A stretch of 64,000 nucleotides of DNA from Bacillota bacterium (GTDB taxonomy: Bacteria > Bacillota > Sulfobacillia > Sulfobacillales > JAIMBI01): the NCBI GenBank assembly GCA_021818685.1, contig JAKATP010000002.1, positions 180 to 64,179 on the forward strand, in the 5' to 3' direction. The notes under the pieces were generated by a model, which saw only the letters and a list, made by a program, of their open reading frames with translations, did not search any database and was not told the origin of the DNA. Shown here piece after piece: positions 55,952-64,000 of the stretch. The position numbers and the translations under genes are program-made. Position 1 is the stretch's first letter, and the number at the start of each line of letters is the position of its first letter.

Positions 55952-58900
55952 TGGGTTCCTCCTCCAAGATCGCGATCAGGCCGACGAGCGGAATGCCGGC
56001 CCAGTCGGGGCGGTGGTCGAGCTCGTAACGCAGTTCGTATAACGCCTTTTCAAGGAGGTACACGGCGAGCAGATCCGAGAACGCGGGGCCTTCCGGAAAG
56101 AGGCCCAGCGGACGCAGTTCCTCCCGGTACCGGCTTAGGAATGCATCGGCAACCCCCTGGTACCAGAGGTTCGCGTAACGATGCACCCGCTCTGGCTCAG
56201 CATCCGCATTGTCCCGGATGAGCTCAATGGCGCGGGCCCAGACGGCGTAGTGAAACGATCGCAGCATGCCCGCCACGTCAAGGAGCGGCGACCGCTTGAT
56301 GCGGCGTTCCGACAGGGGCCGCGCGGGTTCCCCCTCGAAATCGACGAACACGAAGTCGCCTCCCGTGCAGAGCACCTGGCCGAGGTGCAGATCCCCATGC
56401 AGCCGGATGCGGAGGCCGTCGATGCGGGCCTTCAAAAGAGCGTTGGCGCGGTCGAGGACAACGTCCGGGTGCTGCAGGAGCCGGGCCGCGTAGGCTGCAC
56501 CGAGCGGGTCGAGCATCTGCTGACGGCGCTGCAAGGTGCGCATCGTGTGCCCCAAGGCGGTGCGGATGCCCTGGTAGAGCCCGCGCTGGTAGAAGGGCGT
56601 GAACGGCTCCGGCTGGAAGGCACTGTCGGTGGTCGGGGAGGCCAGCGCCCGGTGGAGGGCGGCGGTCCGCTCCGCCAGCAGGCTGACCCAGGGTAGAAAG
56701 GGGGAGAGCAGACGCGCTGTCAGCCCAGCCTCGCCTCCTTCCGCTTCGAACCCATCGGCACCCGGACCGGTCGCTTCCACCAGTTCGAAAAACCGGTCGA
56801 CCGCATCCCGGGCGTATGTCCACGCGTCGCCTTGGTTGGGCACGTACTGAAAGGCTACGGCCAGGGTGGCCCGCCGCTCGCCCTCCTCCCAATCGAGTGC
56901 CCCGGCCAGCTTTGGGATGTATGGGAAGCCCAGCTTGTCCAGGTGAAGCCCCATTTCCCAATCCGGCTGTGCCCCGAAGTGCACTTGGCGATAGAGCTTC
57001 AGAATGAAACGATCGCCAAAGGTGGCCGAGGTATTGCTCTGTTCACCTCGGAAGATCTGGGCGCGCAGATCGCGGTCGTAGCCGGTCTTCAAAAGGGGCA
57101 GGGGAACAGGACGAATCGTGATACCGTCGTGCTGGAGCGCGCGCGGGCGCGCCATGACCGCCATCACCGATTCCATGAACGAGGCGGAGGGCGTCGCGTC
57201 GAGGAGGAGTGACGGGAGCGCGCCGGGGTCTTCGAGGCGTGCCAGCACCAAATCTTCCACCGTCTGCGGTGCCGGCTCGCCGGTGACGCCGAGCGCCATC
57301 CAGAAGGTGGCGGGTCCGCCCTGTGCGCAGGCCACCTCCACCTGGGTGGCATATACGCCGGAGGTGTCGGAGAGATCCCCCCAGGGCACCGCAGCCCGTA
57401 CGTCGGCCCCCCTCGGATCGCGGCTGCGGGCGGAAAACCACCGCCGGGTGCGCACGTAGGGGAAGAGTACCCGCGACAGCTCTTCGCGCCGGGCGCCGGT
57501 CAGGATGGCGGGCCAGCGGCCCCGCACAGCGGGGAGTTCGTTGGGGGGCAGGGAGGCCGGCTCACGCGACTCCGTAAGCTGGAAATAGTAGAAGCCGTGC
57601 GGACCAAGAGTCAGGAAGTAGCGCTCGGCCGTGACGGGGGGAAACGATGTCTGGCCGAAAAGCTCGACGGGGATGCTGCCCTGATACTCGTGCAGATCGA
57701 GACTCGCCGCCTGCACGAAGCGCGAGAGGTTGGCGACGACCAGCACGGCCGCATCGTCGAGCCGCCGGATGAAGGCCAGGACCTTGGCGTTCTCAGGCGA
57801 CAAGAGGGTCATCGAACCCCGCCCGAAGGCGGGGTGGCGCTTGCGGAGGGCGATGAGACGCTTGGTCCACCACAGCAGGGAATGGGGGTTGGCACGCTGG
57901 GCGTCGACGTTCACCGCCTCGTAATGATATTCGGGGTCCACCACCACGGGCAGGCAGAGTCTCTGGGGGTTGGCGGTCGAGAAACCGGCGTTGCGGTCCC
58001 CGCTCCACTGGAACGGGGTGCGCACCCCGTCGCGATCCCCTAGATAGATGTTATCCCCCATCCCTATCTCGTTGCCGTAGTACAGGACGGGGGTGCCGGG
58101 CAGGGCAAACAGGAGGGCATGCATGAGCTCGATGCGGCGGCGATTGTTGCCGAGAAGGGGAGCCAGTCGGCGCCGAATGCCGAGGTTAAGCCGGGCCTGG
58201 GGATCTGTAGCGTATACCTGGTACATGTAGTCGCGTTCTTCGTCGGTCACCATCTCGAGGGTGAGCTCGTCATGATTGCGCAGGAAGATGGCCCACTGAC
58301 CGGCGTCGGGCACGGGCGGCGTCTGATTCAAGATGTCTACCACCGGGTAGCGGTCCTCCATGTACAGGGCCATAAAGAGGCGAGGCATGAGCGGGAAGTG
58401 ATAGGCCATGTGACATTCGTCACCGTCTCCGAAGTACTCGACGGCCTCCTCGGGCCACTGGTTCGCCTCCGCCAGCAGCATCCGGTTGGGATAGCGTTGG
58501 TCGATGTGCCGCCGGAGATCTTTCAAAAAGGCGTGCGTCTCGGGCAGGTTTTCGCACGTTGTACCCTCCCGCTCGTAGAGATAGGGGACCGCATCGAGCC
58601 TGAGTCCGTCCACCCCCATTGACAGCCAGAAGTCCACCACCTTTAGCATGGCACGGCGGACGTGGGGCGAGTCGAAATTCAGGTCGGGCTGGTGGCTGTA
58701 GAAGCGATGCCAGTAGTACTGCTCCGCCACCGGGTCCCAAGTCCAGTTGGAGCGCTCAAAGTCCTTGAAGATGATGCGGGCATCACGGTAGCGTTCGGGC
58801 GTATCGCTCCATACATAAAAGTTGCGCGCCATGGACCCGGGCTGGCTCTGACGGGCTCGATCAAACCAGGGGTGTTGGTCGGAGGTGTGGTTGAGGACGA

Positions 58901-59225
58901 GTTCCGTGATGACCTTAAGACCGAGAGCGTGAGCCCGCCGCAGGAAACGGCGAAAGTCGCGGAGCGTTCCGTACTGCGGGTGCACGCTCACGTAATCGGC
59001 GATGTCGTACCCGTCGTCACGCAGGGGCGACGGGTAGAAGGGAAGTAGCCATATGGCCGTGACGCCTAAATCCTTCAGATACCACAACTTGTCGGTGAGC
59101 CCGCGGAAGTCCCCCACGCCGTCTCCATTGGCATCGAAGAAGGTGCGTACATGGACCTCGTATATGACGGCATCTCGATACCAGTCCGCAGTCTCTGCCA
59201 CGGGAGCGGCCAGGTGTCCGGCCAC
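55932..59225 (-). CDS. treS: Trehalose synthase (maltose alpha-D-glucosyltransferase) fused to maltokinase
   Basis: The N-terminal GH13 TreS part ([29 protein letters not shown]...[11 protein letters not shown]) is followed by a roughly 450-aa kinase part with [10 protein letters not shown]...DFEGEP (Mak/Pep2). 1097 aa in total. Confidence 0.93.
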   Translation of the reverse strand: MAGHLAAPVAETADWYRDAVIYEVHVRTFFDANGDGVGDFRGLTDKLWYLKDLGVTAIWLLPFYPSPLRDDGYDIADYVSVHPQYGTLRDFRRFLRRAHALGLKVITELVLNHTSDQHPWFDRARQSQPGSMARNFYVWSDTPERYRDARIIFKDFERSNWTWDPVAEQYYWHRFYSHQPDLNFDSPHVRRAMLKVVDFWLSMGVDGLRLDAVPYLYEREGTTCENLPETHAFLKDLRRHIDQRYPNRMLLAEANQWPEEAVEYFGDGDECHMAYHFPLMPRLFMALYMEDRYPVVDILNQTPPVPDAGQWAIFLRNHDELTLEMVTDEERDYMYQVYATDPQARLNLGIRRRLAPLLGNNRRRIELMHALLFALPGTPVLYYGNEIGMGDNIYLGDRDGVRTPFQWSGDRNAGFSTANPQRLCLPVVVDPEYHYEAVNVDAQRANPHSLLWWTKRLIALRKRHPAFGRGSMTLLSPENAKVLAFIRRLDDAAVLVVANLSRFVQAASLDLHEYQGSIPVELFGQTSFPPVTAERYFLTLGPHGFYYFQLTESREPASLPPNELPAVRGRWPAILTGARREELSRVLFPYVRTRRWFSARSRDPRGADVRAAVPWGDLSDTSGVYATQVEVACAQGGPATFWMALGVTGEPAPQTVEDLVLARLEDPGALPSLLLDATPSASFMESVMAVMARPRALQHDGITIRPVPLPLLKTGYDRDLRAQIFRGEQSNTSATFGDRFILKLYRQVHFGAQPDWEMGLHLDKLGFPYIPKLAGALDWEEGERRATLAVAFQYVPNQGDAWTYARDAVDRFFELVEATGPGADGFEAEGGEAGLTARLLSPFLPWVSLLAERTAALHRALASPTTDSAFQPEPFTPFYQRGLYQGIRTALGHTMRTLQRRQQMLDPLGAAYAARLLQHPDVVLDRANALLKARIDGLRIRLHGDLHLGQVLCTGGDFVFVDFEGEPARPLSERRIKRSPLLDVAGMLRSFHYAVWARAIELIRDNADAEPERVHRYANLWYQGVADAFLSRYREELRPLGLFPEGPAFSDLLAVYLLEKALYELRYELDHRPDWAGIPLVGLIAILEEEPNATTTS

Positions 59226-59257
59226 GGTGACACTCCTCTCTTGATAAACCTGATGCC

Positions 59258-61261
59258 TTAGCGAACGGGATCGAAGTCGCGTTCGTCGGGGAGGCGGCCT
59301 CGGGGGAGGTGGACGACTTCGAACACATGGGCCGGAAACCGCCCCGCTCGGAGCTCCACGTAGTTATCCGGTCCCGTCCAGATGTACCGGTCCCCTGACA
59401 TGAGATCGTGGACCCAAAATCGCGCGTCAGGGTCGAGGCCCAGCGCTGCCATGTCCAGGTGCACGAAGCCGGCTACAGTATAGGGGGGATCGAGGGACAC
59501 CACGATGAGAATGGTGTCGTCGCCCTCTGGCGAACGTTTGGAATACACGAGAAGCTCACGGGAATCCGCCGCATGAAACCGCAGGGAGCCCGACCACACA
59601 AGCGCCGGGTGCTCCCGCCGCACCTGGTTCAACCGGCGAATTTCAGGGGCCAGGCTTTCCGGACTGTCCCAGTCCCAGTGGCGGATTTGATACTTCTCGG
59701 AATGCAGGTATTCCTCGCCCCCCGCGTTGAGCACTGCATGCTCCATCAGTTCGAACGCCGGACCGTAGATGCCGTACGTGGGGGAGAGGGTGGCGGCCAG
59801 GACCAGACGTTCGAGAAACACCCCGCGGTCGCCCGTCTGCAGGCTGACCGGCAGGATGTCCGGTGTGTTGACAAAGAAGTTGGGGCGAAGAAAGGTGCAG
59901 ACGGGGGGCTGCGTGAGTTCTTCGACGTACCTGCGGAGTTCCTCGCCGGTGTTGCGCCAGGTGAAGTATGTATATGACTGGGAAAACCCGGCTTTGGCCA
60001 GTTCATACATCAGGGTCGGCTTCGTGAAGGCCTCCGCCAAGAACAGCACCTCGGGGAACTCGCTGCGGATGCCCGCAATGAGCCATTCCCAGAACCCGAT
60101 GGGTTTGGTATGGGGATTGTCGACCCGAAACCAGCGAACGCCGATGGCCGCCCAATAACGCACCACGTCGTAGAGCGCCTGCCACAGCGCGGGCCACGCC
60201 TCGCACTCGAAGTCAAACGGGTAAATGTCCTGATAGCGCTTGGGGGGATTTTCGGCGTACTGGATATGGCCATCCGGACGCTTCTTGAACCACTCGGGAT
60301 GAGCCGTGACCCATGGGTGGTCGGGAGCACACTGAAAGGCGATGTCCATCGCGATATCGAGGCCCTGCCCGCGTGCGGCTCCAAGGAGTCGGCGGAAGTC
60401 TTCGAGCGTGCCGAGTTCCGGATGGACGGCCGTGTGGCCTCCCGCCGCGGAGCCGATGGCCCACGGACTGCCGGGGTCGCCGGGACCCGCGTGCAGCGTG
60501 TTGTCGGGGCCTTTTCGCTCCGCAACTCCGATGGGATGAATAGGCGGCAAGTAGAGCACGTCGAAACCGAGCCCGGCGATGTAGGGAAGCCGGTCCTGCA
60601 GATCGCGGAAGGTGCCGGACCGCGTAGGGTCAGTCGAGGTGGAGCGTGGAAAGCATTCATACCAGGCCGAGAACCGGGCCCGCAGGGGGTCTACCTGGAC
60701 CGGGTACCAGTCGCTTTCGGTCGGAAAGCGGGCAGGAAGACCAGCCGCCAGGCTCGCCAGCACCGGATCCAGGGCCGCCCGCGCGGCGCGTTCGAGGTCC
60801 GGGTCGGAGAGGCGCCGGATCCACGGGCGGAGCCTATCGCGGCCGGACCGGTCTAGCCGCGGCAGCACGGTCTCCAACATCATCGCTCCCACCGCTATAT
60901 CCACGGTCGTGAGGGTTCCCGCCTGATAGAGCGCGTCCACCCCGTGCCGCCACGATCCGAAAGCGTCGACCGCCCCTCCTACTTGAAAGTGGTAAAGCCC
61001 TGACTCAGTCCAGGTTTGCGTGCGGTTCCACCAGTCATTGTCAGCGGGGGCGAGCGGTCCGGGCTCGCCACGCCGCCCGTCCGGAAACTCCCAGCGGCAC
61101 CAGGCTTGCAGGAGGTCGTGGCCATCGGCCACGAGACGCGCGCGCACAGCGATGGGAAGGCCCACCTCGGCCTTGGCGGGGCGGCGTCCGGCGTCCACAG
61201 ACGGCTCCACCTCGAGAATGACGACGCGCTTACGTCCTTCGACTGGAAGCTCCAACCGCAT
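59258..61261 (-). CDS. glgE: Alpha-1,4-glucan:maltose-1-phosphate maltosyltransferase
   Basis: ORF trimmed to ATG 61261 ([18 protein letters not shown]). GlgE-type segments [25 protein letters not shown] and [11 protein letters not shown]. Confidence 0.92.
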   Translation of the reverse strand: MRLELPVEGRKRVVILEVEPSVDAGRRPAKAEVGLPIAVRARLVADGHDLLQAWCRWEFPDGRRGEPGPLAPADNDWWNRTQTWTESGLYHFQVGGAVDAFGSWRHGVDALYQAGTLTTVDIAVGAMMLETVLPRLDRSGRDRLRPWIRRLSDPDLERAARAALDPVLASLAAGLPARFPTESDWYPVQVDPLRARFSAWYECFPRSTSTDPTRSGTFRDLQDRLPYIAGLGFDVLYLPPIHPIGVAERKGPDNTLHAGPGDPGSPWAIGSAAGGHTAVHPELGTLEDFRRLLGAARGQGLDIAMDIAFQCAPDHPWVTAHPEWFKKRPDGHIQYAENPPKRYQDIYPFDFECEAWPALWQALYDVVRYWAAIGVRWFRVDNPHTKPIGFWEWLIAGIRSEFPEVLFLAEAFTKPTLMYELAKAGFSQSYTYFTWRNTGEELRRYVEELTQPPVCTFLRPNFFVNTPDILPVSLQTGDRGVFLERLVLAATLSPTYGIYGPAFELMEHAVLNAGGEEYLHSEKYQIRHWDWDSPESLAPEIRRLNQVRREHPALVWSGSLRFHAADSRELLVYSKRSPEGDDTILIVVSLDPPYTVAGFVHLDMAALGLDPDARFWVHDLMSGDRYIWTGPDNYVELRAGRFPAHVFEVVHLPRGRLPDERDFDPVR

Positions 61262-61532
61262 CCCCCGCTTTTCTCTCCCACTGGCATCACGGGTCTTGGG
61301 TTCACGAGCATGGCCAGAACGCTCAGAACCATGGTAGCGCCCGCGCCCGGGGCCGGTCCAGGCGCAGTCGGCGGTCCATCCGGTATTATGGGTCAGTGGG
61401 TGACCGCGGTCGCCCGCTCCTGTTTTTCGGCAGGGCGGCGAGACCACCTTCGGGGCCGCGCCGCCAATGGCCCAGTGTCCGCCGGCCAGGCGCAGGATCG
61501 CAATCGACAAGACATGACGGAAGGGAGGCCCC

Positions 61533-63938
61533 ATGGAGCGCTTCGTATGCGTGCACGGCCACTTCTACCAACCGCCCCGGGAGAATCCCTGGCTTGAGGC
61601 CGTCGAGCGTCAGGACTCGGCTGCCCCCTACCATGACTGGAATGCCCGCATCACCGACGAGTGCTACCGTTCAAACGCGCACGCGCGCATCCTCGATGGT
61701 GACGGCTACCTGCGTGCTGTCATCAACAACTATGCGCGCATCAGCTTCAACTTTGGTCCCACGCTGCTACAGTGGCTAGAGTCGGAGGCGCCCGACGTCT
61801 ACCAGGCGGTGGTAGAAGCGGACCGGGAGAGCCGTGTGCGTTTCTCGGGCCACGGGTCCGCGATGGCCCAGGCCTACAATCACCTCATCATGCCGCTTGC
61901 CAACCGGCGGGACCGGCTCACTCAGATACGTTGGGGACTCGAAGATTTCCGACGCCGCTTCGGCCGCCCCGCCGAGGGGTTCTGGCTCCCCGAGACAGCC
62001 GTGGATGACGAGACCCTGCTGCTCTTGGATGAAGCCGGCGTTCGCTTCACCGTTCTGGCCCCCCACCAGGCGCTCGGCGTGGGGCGGATGGACGGGGACG
62101 AAGAGACGCCGGGGGCGGAAGGAGGGGCCGTCGACGTCCGCCACCCGTACCGGGTGAAGGTGGGGGATCGTCTCTTGAACCTGTGCGTGTTCTTCTATGA
62201 CGGGCCCCTCTCCCAAGGCATCGCGTTCAACGGTCTCCTCTCCGATGGCGCCCGCCTGGCGGACGCTCTGGTGGCCGCCACGGCGGGCGCCTCCGCGCCA
62301 TCGCTTGCGCATGTGGCCACCGACGGCGAGAGCTATGGGCACCACCACCGCTACGGTGAGATGGCGCTGGCCTTTGCCCTCGACGCGATCGAGCAGGGAA
62401 GCGAGGCGACACTCACCAACTACGGTGAATTTTTGGAACGGTTTGTACCCGTCCTGTACGCACGCGTCCGCCCGAATACGTCTTGGAGCTGCGTTCATGG
62501 CATCGAGCGGTGGCGGGCTGACTGTGGCTGCAACAGCGGCGGCCGCCCGGGTTGGCGGCAGGCATGGCGAGCCCCGCTCCGTGCGGCCTTGGACCATCTT
62601 CGCGATGCCATGGCCCCACTCTTTGAGGCGGCCGCGGGGGAGCTGGTCTTGGACCCCTGGGTGGCCCGTGACGACTACATCCAGGTGATCCTGGACCGGT
62701 CGGGGCTCTCGCGGGCGTCCTTCCTGAATCGGCATCAGCGGCGCCTCTTGGGCAGTGCCGAACGCATCCGGCTGTGGAAGCTCCTGGAGCTCCAGCGGCA
62801 CACGCTTCTCATGTACACGAGCTGCGGCTTCTTTTTTGATGATGTGTCGGGCATTGAAACGGTGCAGGTGCTTCAATATGTGGGGCGAGTGCTGCAGCTG
62901 GGGGCGGAGCTGTTCTCGTGGGAGCCGGACTCGGATTTCTGGGATCTGTTGGAACAGGCAGAGAGCAATCTCGAGAGCGAAGGCAACGCTCGGCGACTGT
63001 ATGAGCGCCGGGTGCGTCCCGGCATGGTCGATCTGGGCCGCGCGGCCGCCCACTGGGCCCTGGCCCTGGTTACGATGCCCGAAGCCGGACCCGCCAGCCA
63101 GCTTTATGACTTCCGGTTCGCGGACGAGGAATACGCCATCCGTGCGGCGGGGCGGACGCGGCTTGCGTCCGGGCGACTAAGTGTGACGTCGTACACGACC
63201 GAGGAGGCCGATGCGTTTTTCTTCGCGGCCGTTCACTGGGGCGACCACAATGTTGTGGGCGGGGTGGCGCCCATGCGGTCCCACGATGGGTACGCCGGGC
63301 TCGTGGCGGCCCTGAACCCCGCGTTCGACCGGGCGGATCTTCCTGAAGTACTGTCGATCCTCTCCCGGACGTTCAGAACCCGGACGTTTACCCTGCGGGA
63401 TCTGTTCCGTGACGAGCAGGAGCGTATCGTGGGGCAGGTCCTCGCCACCACCCTGTCGGAGGTGGAGACCTCGCTGAGGCAGATTTACGAGTACCATGCT
63501 CCCCTTATGCGGTTTCTGCGCGAGGCGGGTACGCCGCTTCCACCCTCGCTGGCTACGGCAGCCGGGTACGTCCTGAACCAGGGGCTCCTGCACACGCTGG
63601 CAGTGGCGCCGATAGACGCCGCACATCTTCTGCAGCTTCTAGAGGAAATCCGGCTCCTTGGGGTAACGGTGGACGACACGCGGGTGAATTACGCCATGCG
63701 GGCATCACTCGATAAGCTCGCGAGCCGCTGGCGGGCGGCACCCTATAGCGAACAGGCGCTCGACGAGCTCTTGGAAACCATGCGGCTATTTACCGGTATC
63801 CCGGTCGAGGTCGATGCCGGGTCCCTCGCCATCGTCTGCCTGCAGCTTCGCGAGCGCATGGCGGGGCCGGATGTTGCCGTAAGCGTGCGCGAGAAGGCGC
63901 GCCAGCTGGCGGATCTCTTGCGCGTGCGCTGGCACTAG
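61533..63938 (+). CDS. Glycoside hydrolase family 57 protein with DUF3536-like C-terminal region
   Basis: N-terminus VCVHGHFYQPPRENPW, then ATDGESYGHH (GH57 catalytic region). 801 aa. Divergent from glgE. Confidence 0.88.
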   Translation: MERFVCVHGHFYQPPRENPWLEAVERQDSAAPYHDWNARITDECYRSNAHARILDGDGYLRAVINNYARISFNFGPTLLQWLESEAPDVYQAVVEADRESRVRFSGHGSAMAQAYNHLIMPLANRRDRLTQIRWGLEDFRRRFGRPAEGFWLPETAVDDETLLLLDEAGVRFTVLAPHQALGVGRMDGDEETPGAEGGAVDVRHPYRVKVGDRLLNLCVFFYDGPLSQGIAFNGLLSDGARLADALVAATAGASAPSLAHVATDGESYGHHHRYGEMALAFALDAIEQGSEATLTNYGEFLERFVPVLYARVRPNTSWSCVHGIERWRADCGCNSGGRPGWRQAWRAPLRAALDHLRDAMAPLFEAAAGELVLDPWVARDDYIQVILDRSGLSRASFLNRHQRRLLGSAERIRLWKLLELQRHTLLMYTSCGFFFDDVSGIETVQVLQYVGRVLQLGAELFSWEPDSDFWDLLEQAESNLESEGNARRLYERRVRPGMVDLGRAAAHWALALVTMPEAGPASQLYDFRFADEEYAIRAAGRTRLASGRLSVTSYTTEEADAFFFAAVHWGDHNVVGGVAPMRSHDGYAGLVAALNPAFDRADLPEVLSILSRTFRTRTFTLRDLFRDEQERIVGQVLATTLSEVETSLRQIYEYHAPLMRFLREAGTPLPPSLATAAGYVLNQGLLHTLAVAPIDAAHLLQLLEEIRLLGVTVDDTRVNYAMRASLDKLASRWRAAPYSEQALDELLETMRLFTGIPVEVDAGSLAIVCLQLRERMAGPDVAVSVREKARQLADLLRVRWH

Positions 63939-64000
63939 GAGCGGGCGGCCGGTAGCTGACGGATACGGAGCGTATCGGGACCGGTCTCGGGTCGCAGCAC

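Noticed and set aside
61776-63053. 425-aa minus-strand ORF
   Set aside because: It is antisense to the GH57 gene, whose plus-strand translation carries the family motifs. Shadow ORF.
1-64000. Search by eye for CRISPR arrays, rRNA, tRNA, IS elements/transposases, integrases and prophage genes
   Set aside because: I saw no regularly spaced direct repeats, no rRNA-like conserved stretches, no convincing cloverleafs, and no transposase or recombinase motifs in any long ORF. Absence is by inspection only and should be confirmed with dedicated tools.

Overview
GC-rich (by eye about two-thirds G+C), densely coding bacterial chromosomal segment. I support about 60 CDSs, mostly with GGAGG-type ribosome-binding sites and frequent 1-4 nt stop/start overlaps. 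I found no rRNA, tRNA, CRISPR array or intact mobile element. Calls come from reading the ORF translations and recognising family motifs from memory; nothing was searched or computed. Gene content and local order (polA-mutM-...-coaE-SLT, YtxH/DUF948-like, VanW, L,D-transpeptidase, PduO-type adenosyltransferase, YumC-type FNR) suggest a high-GC Bacillota-like lineage, but I cannot name the organism. Main blocks: (1) 3.7-9.2 kb, a Tat-less three-subunit molybdopterin oxidoreductase (SoeABC-like) plus a coupled degenerate glycosyltransferase, with a divergent LysR regulator. (2) 10.9-13.7 kb, an L,D-transpeptidase followed by an orphan Flp-pilin/TadE/TadG-like trio. (3) 14-23.7 kb, glnA, polA, mutM, coaE and cell-wall genes. 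(4) 25-36.6 kb, mixed metabolism: PduO, FNR, class I aldolase, CofE-like, Leu dehydrogenase, acyl-CoA mutase catalytic chain, amidohydrolase. (5) 36.7-44.4 kb, a non-canonical ThyX paralog, Zn-ribbon protein, MoxR AAA+, VWA, CoxM/CoxS-like subunits with no large Mo subunit, FabH-like and S9 peptidase. (6) 45.7-47.4 kb, a lower-GC islet with a multiply disrupted secreted-protein gene and a PepSY-like partner. (7) 47.5-53.6 kb, def, asnB, two divergent SDRs, a small protein with primase-polymerase (AEP)-like motifs, and small membrane/YtxH proteins. (8) 54-64 kb, GlgE-pathway alpha-glucan genes (glgB, fused treS-mak, glgE) and a divergent GH57 protein. The items most worth follow-up are the AEP-like orphan, the Cox-accessory/ThyX-like block lacking a catalytic subunit, the orphan Flp/TadE/TadG trio, the disrupted low-GC islet, and two unusually long ORF-free leaders (about 0.63 and 0.84 kb). 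I could not identify one clear-cut novel system; all functional proposals are hypotheses.
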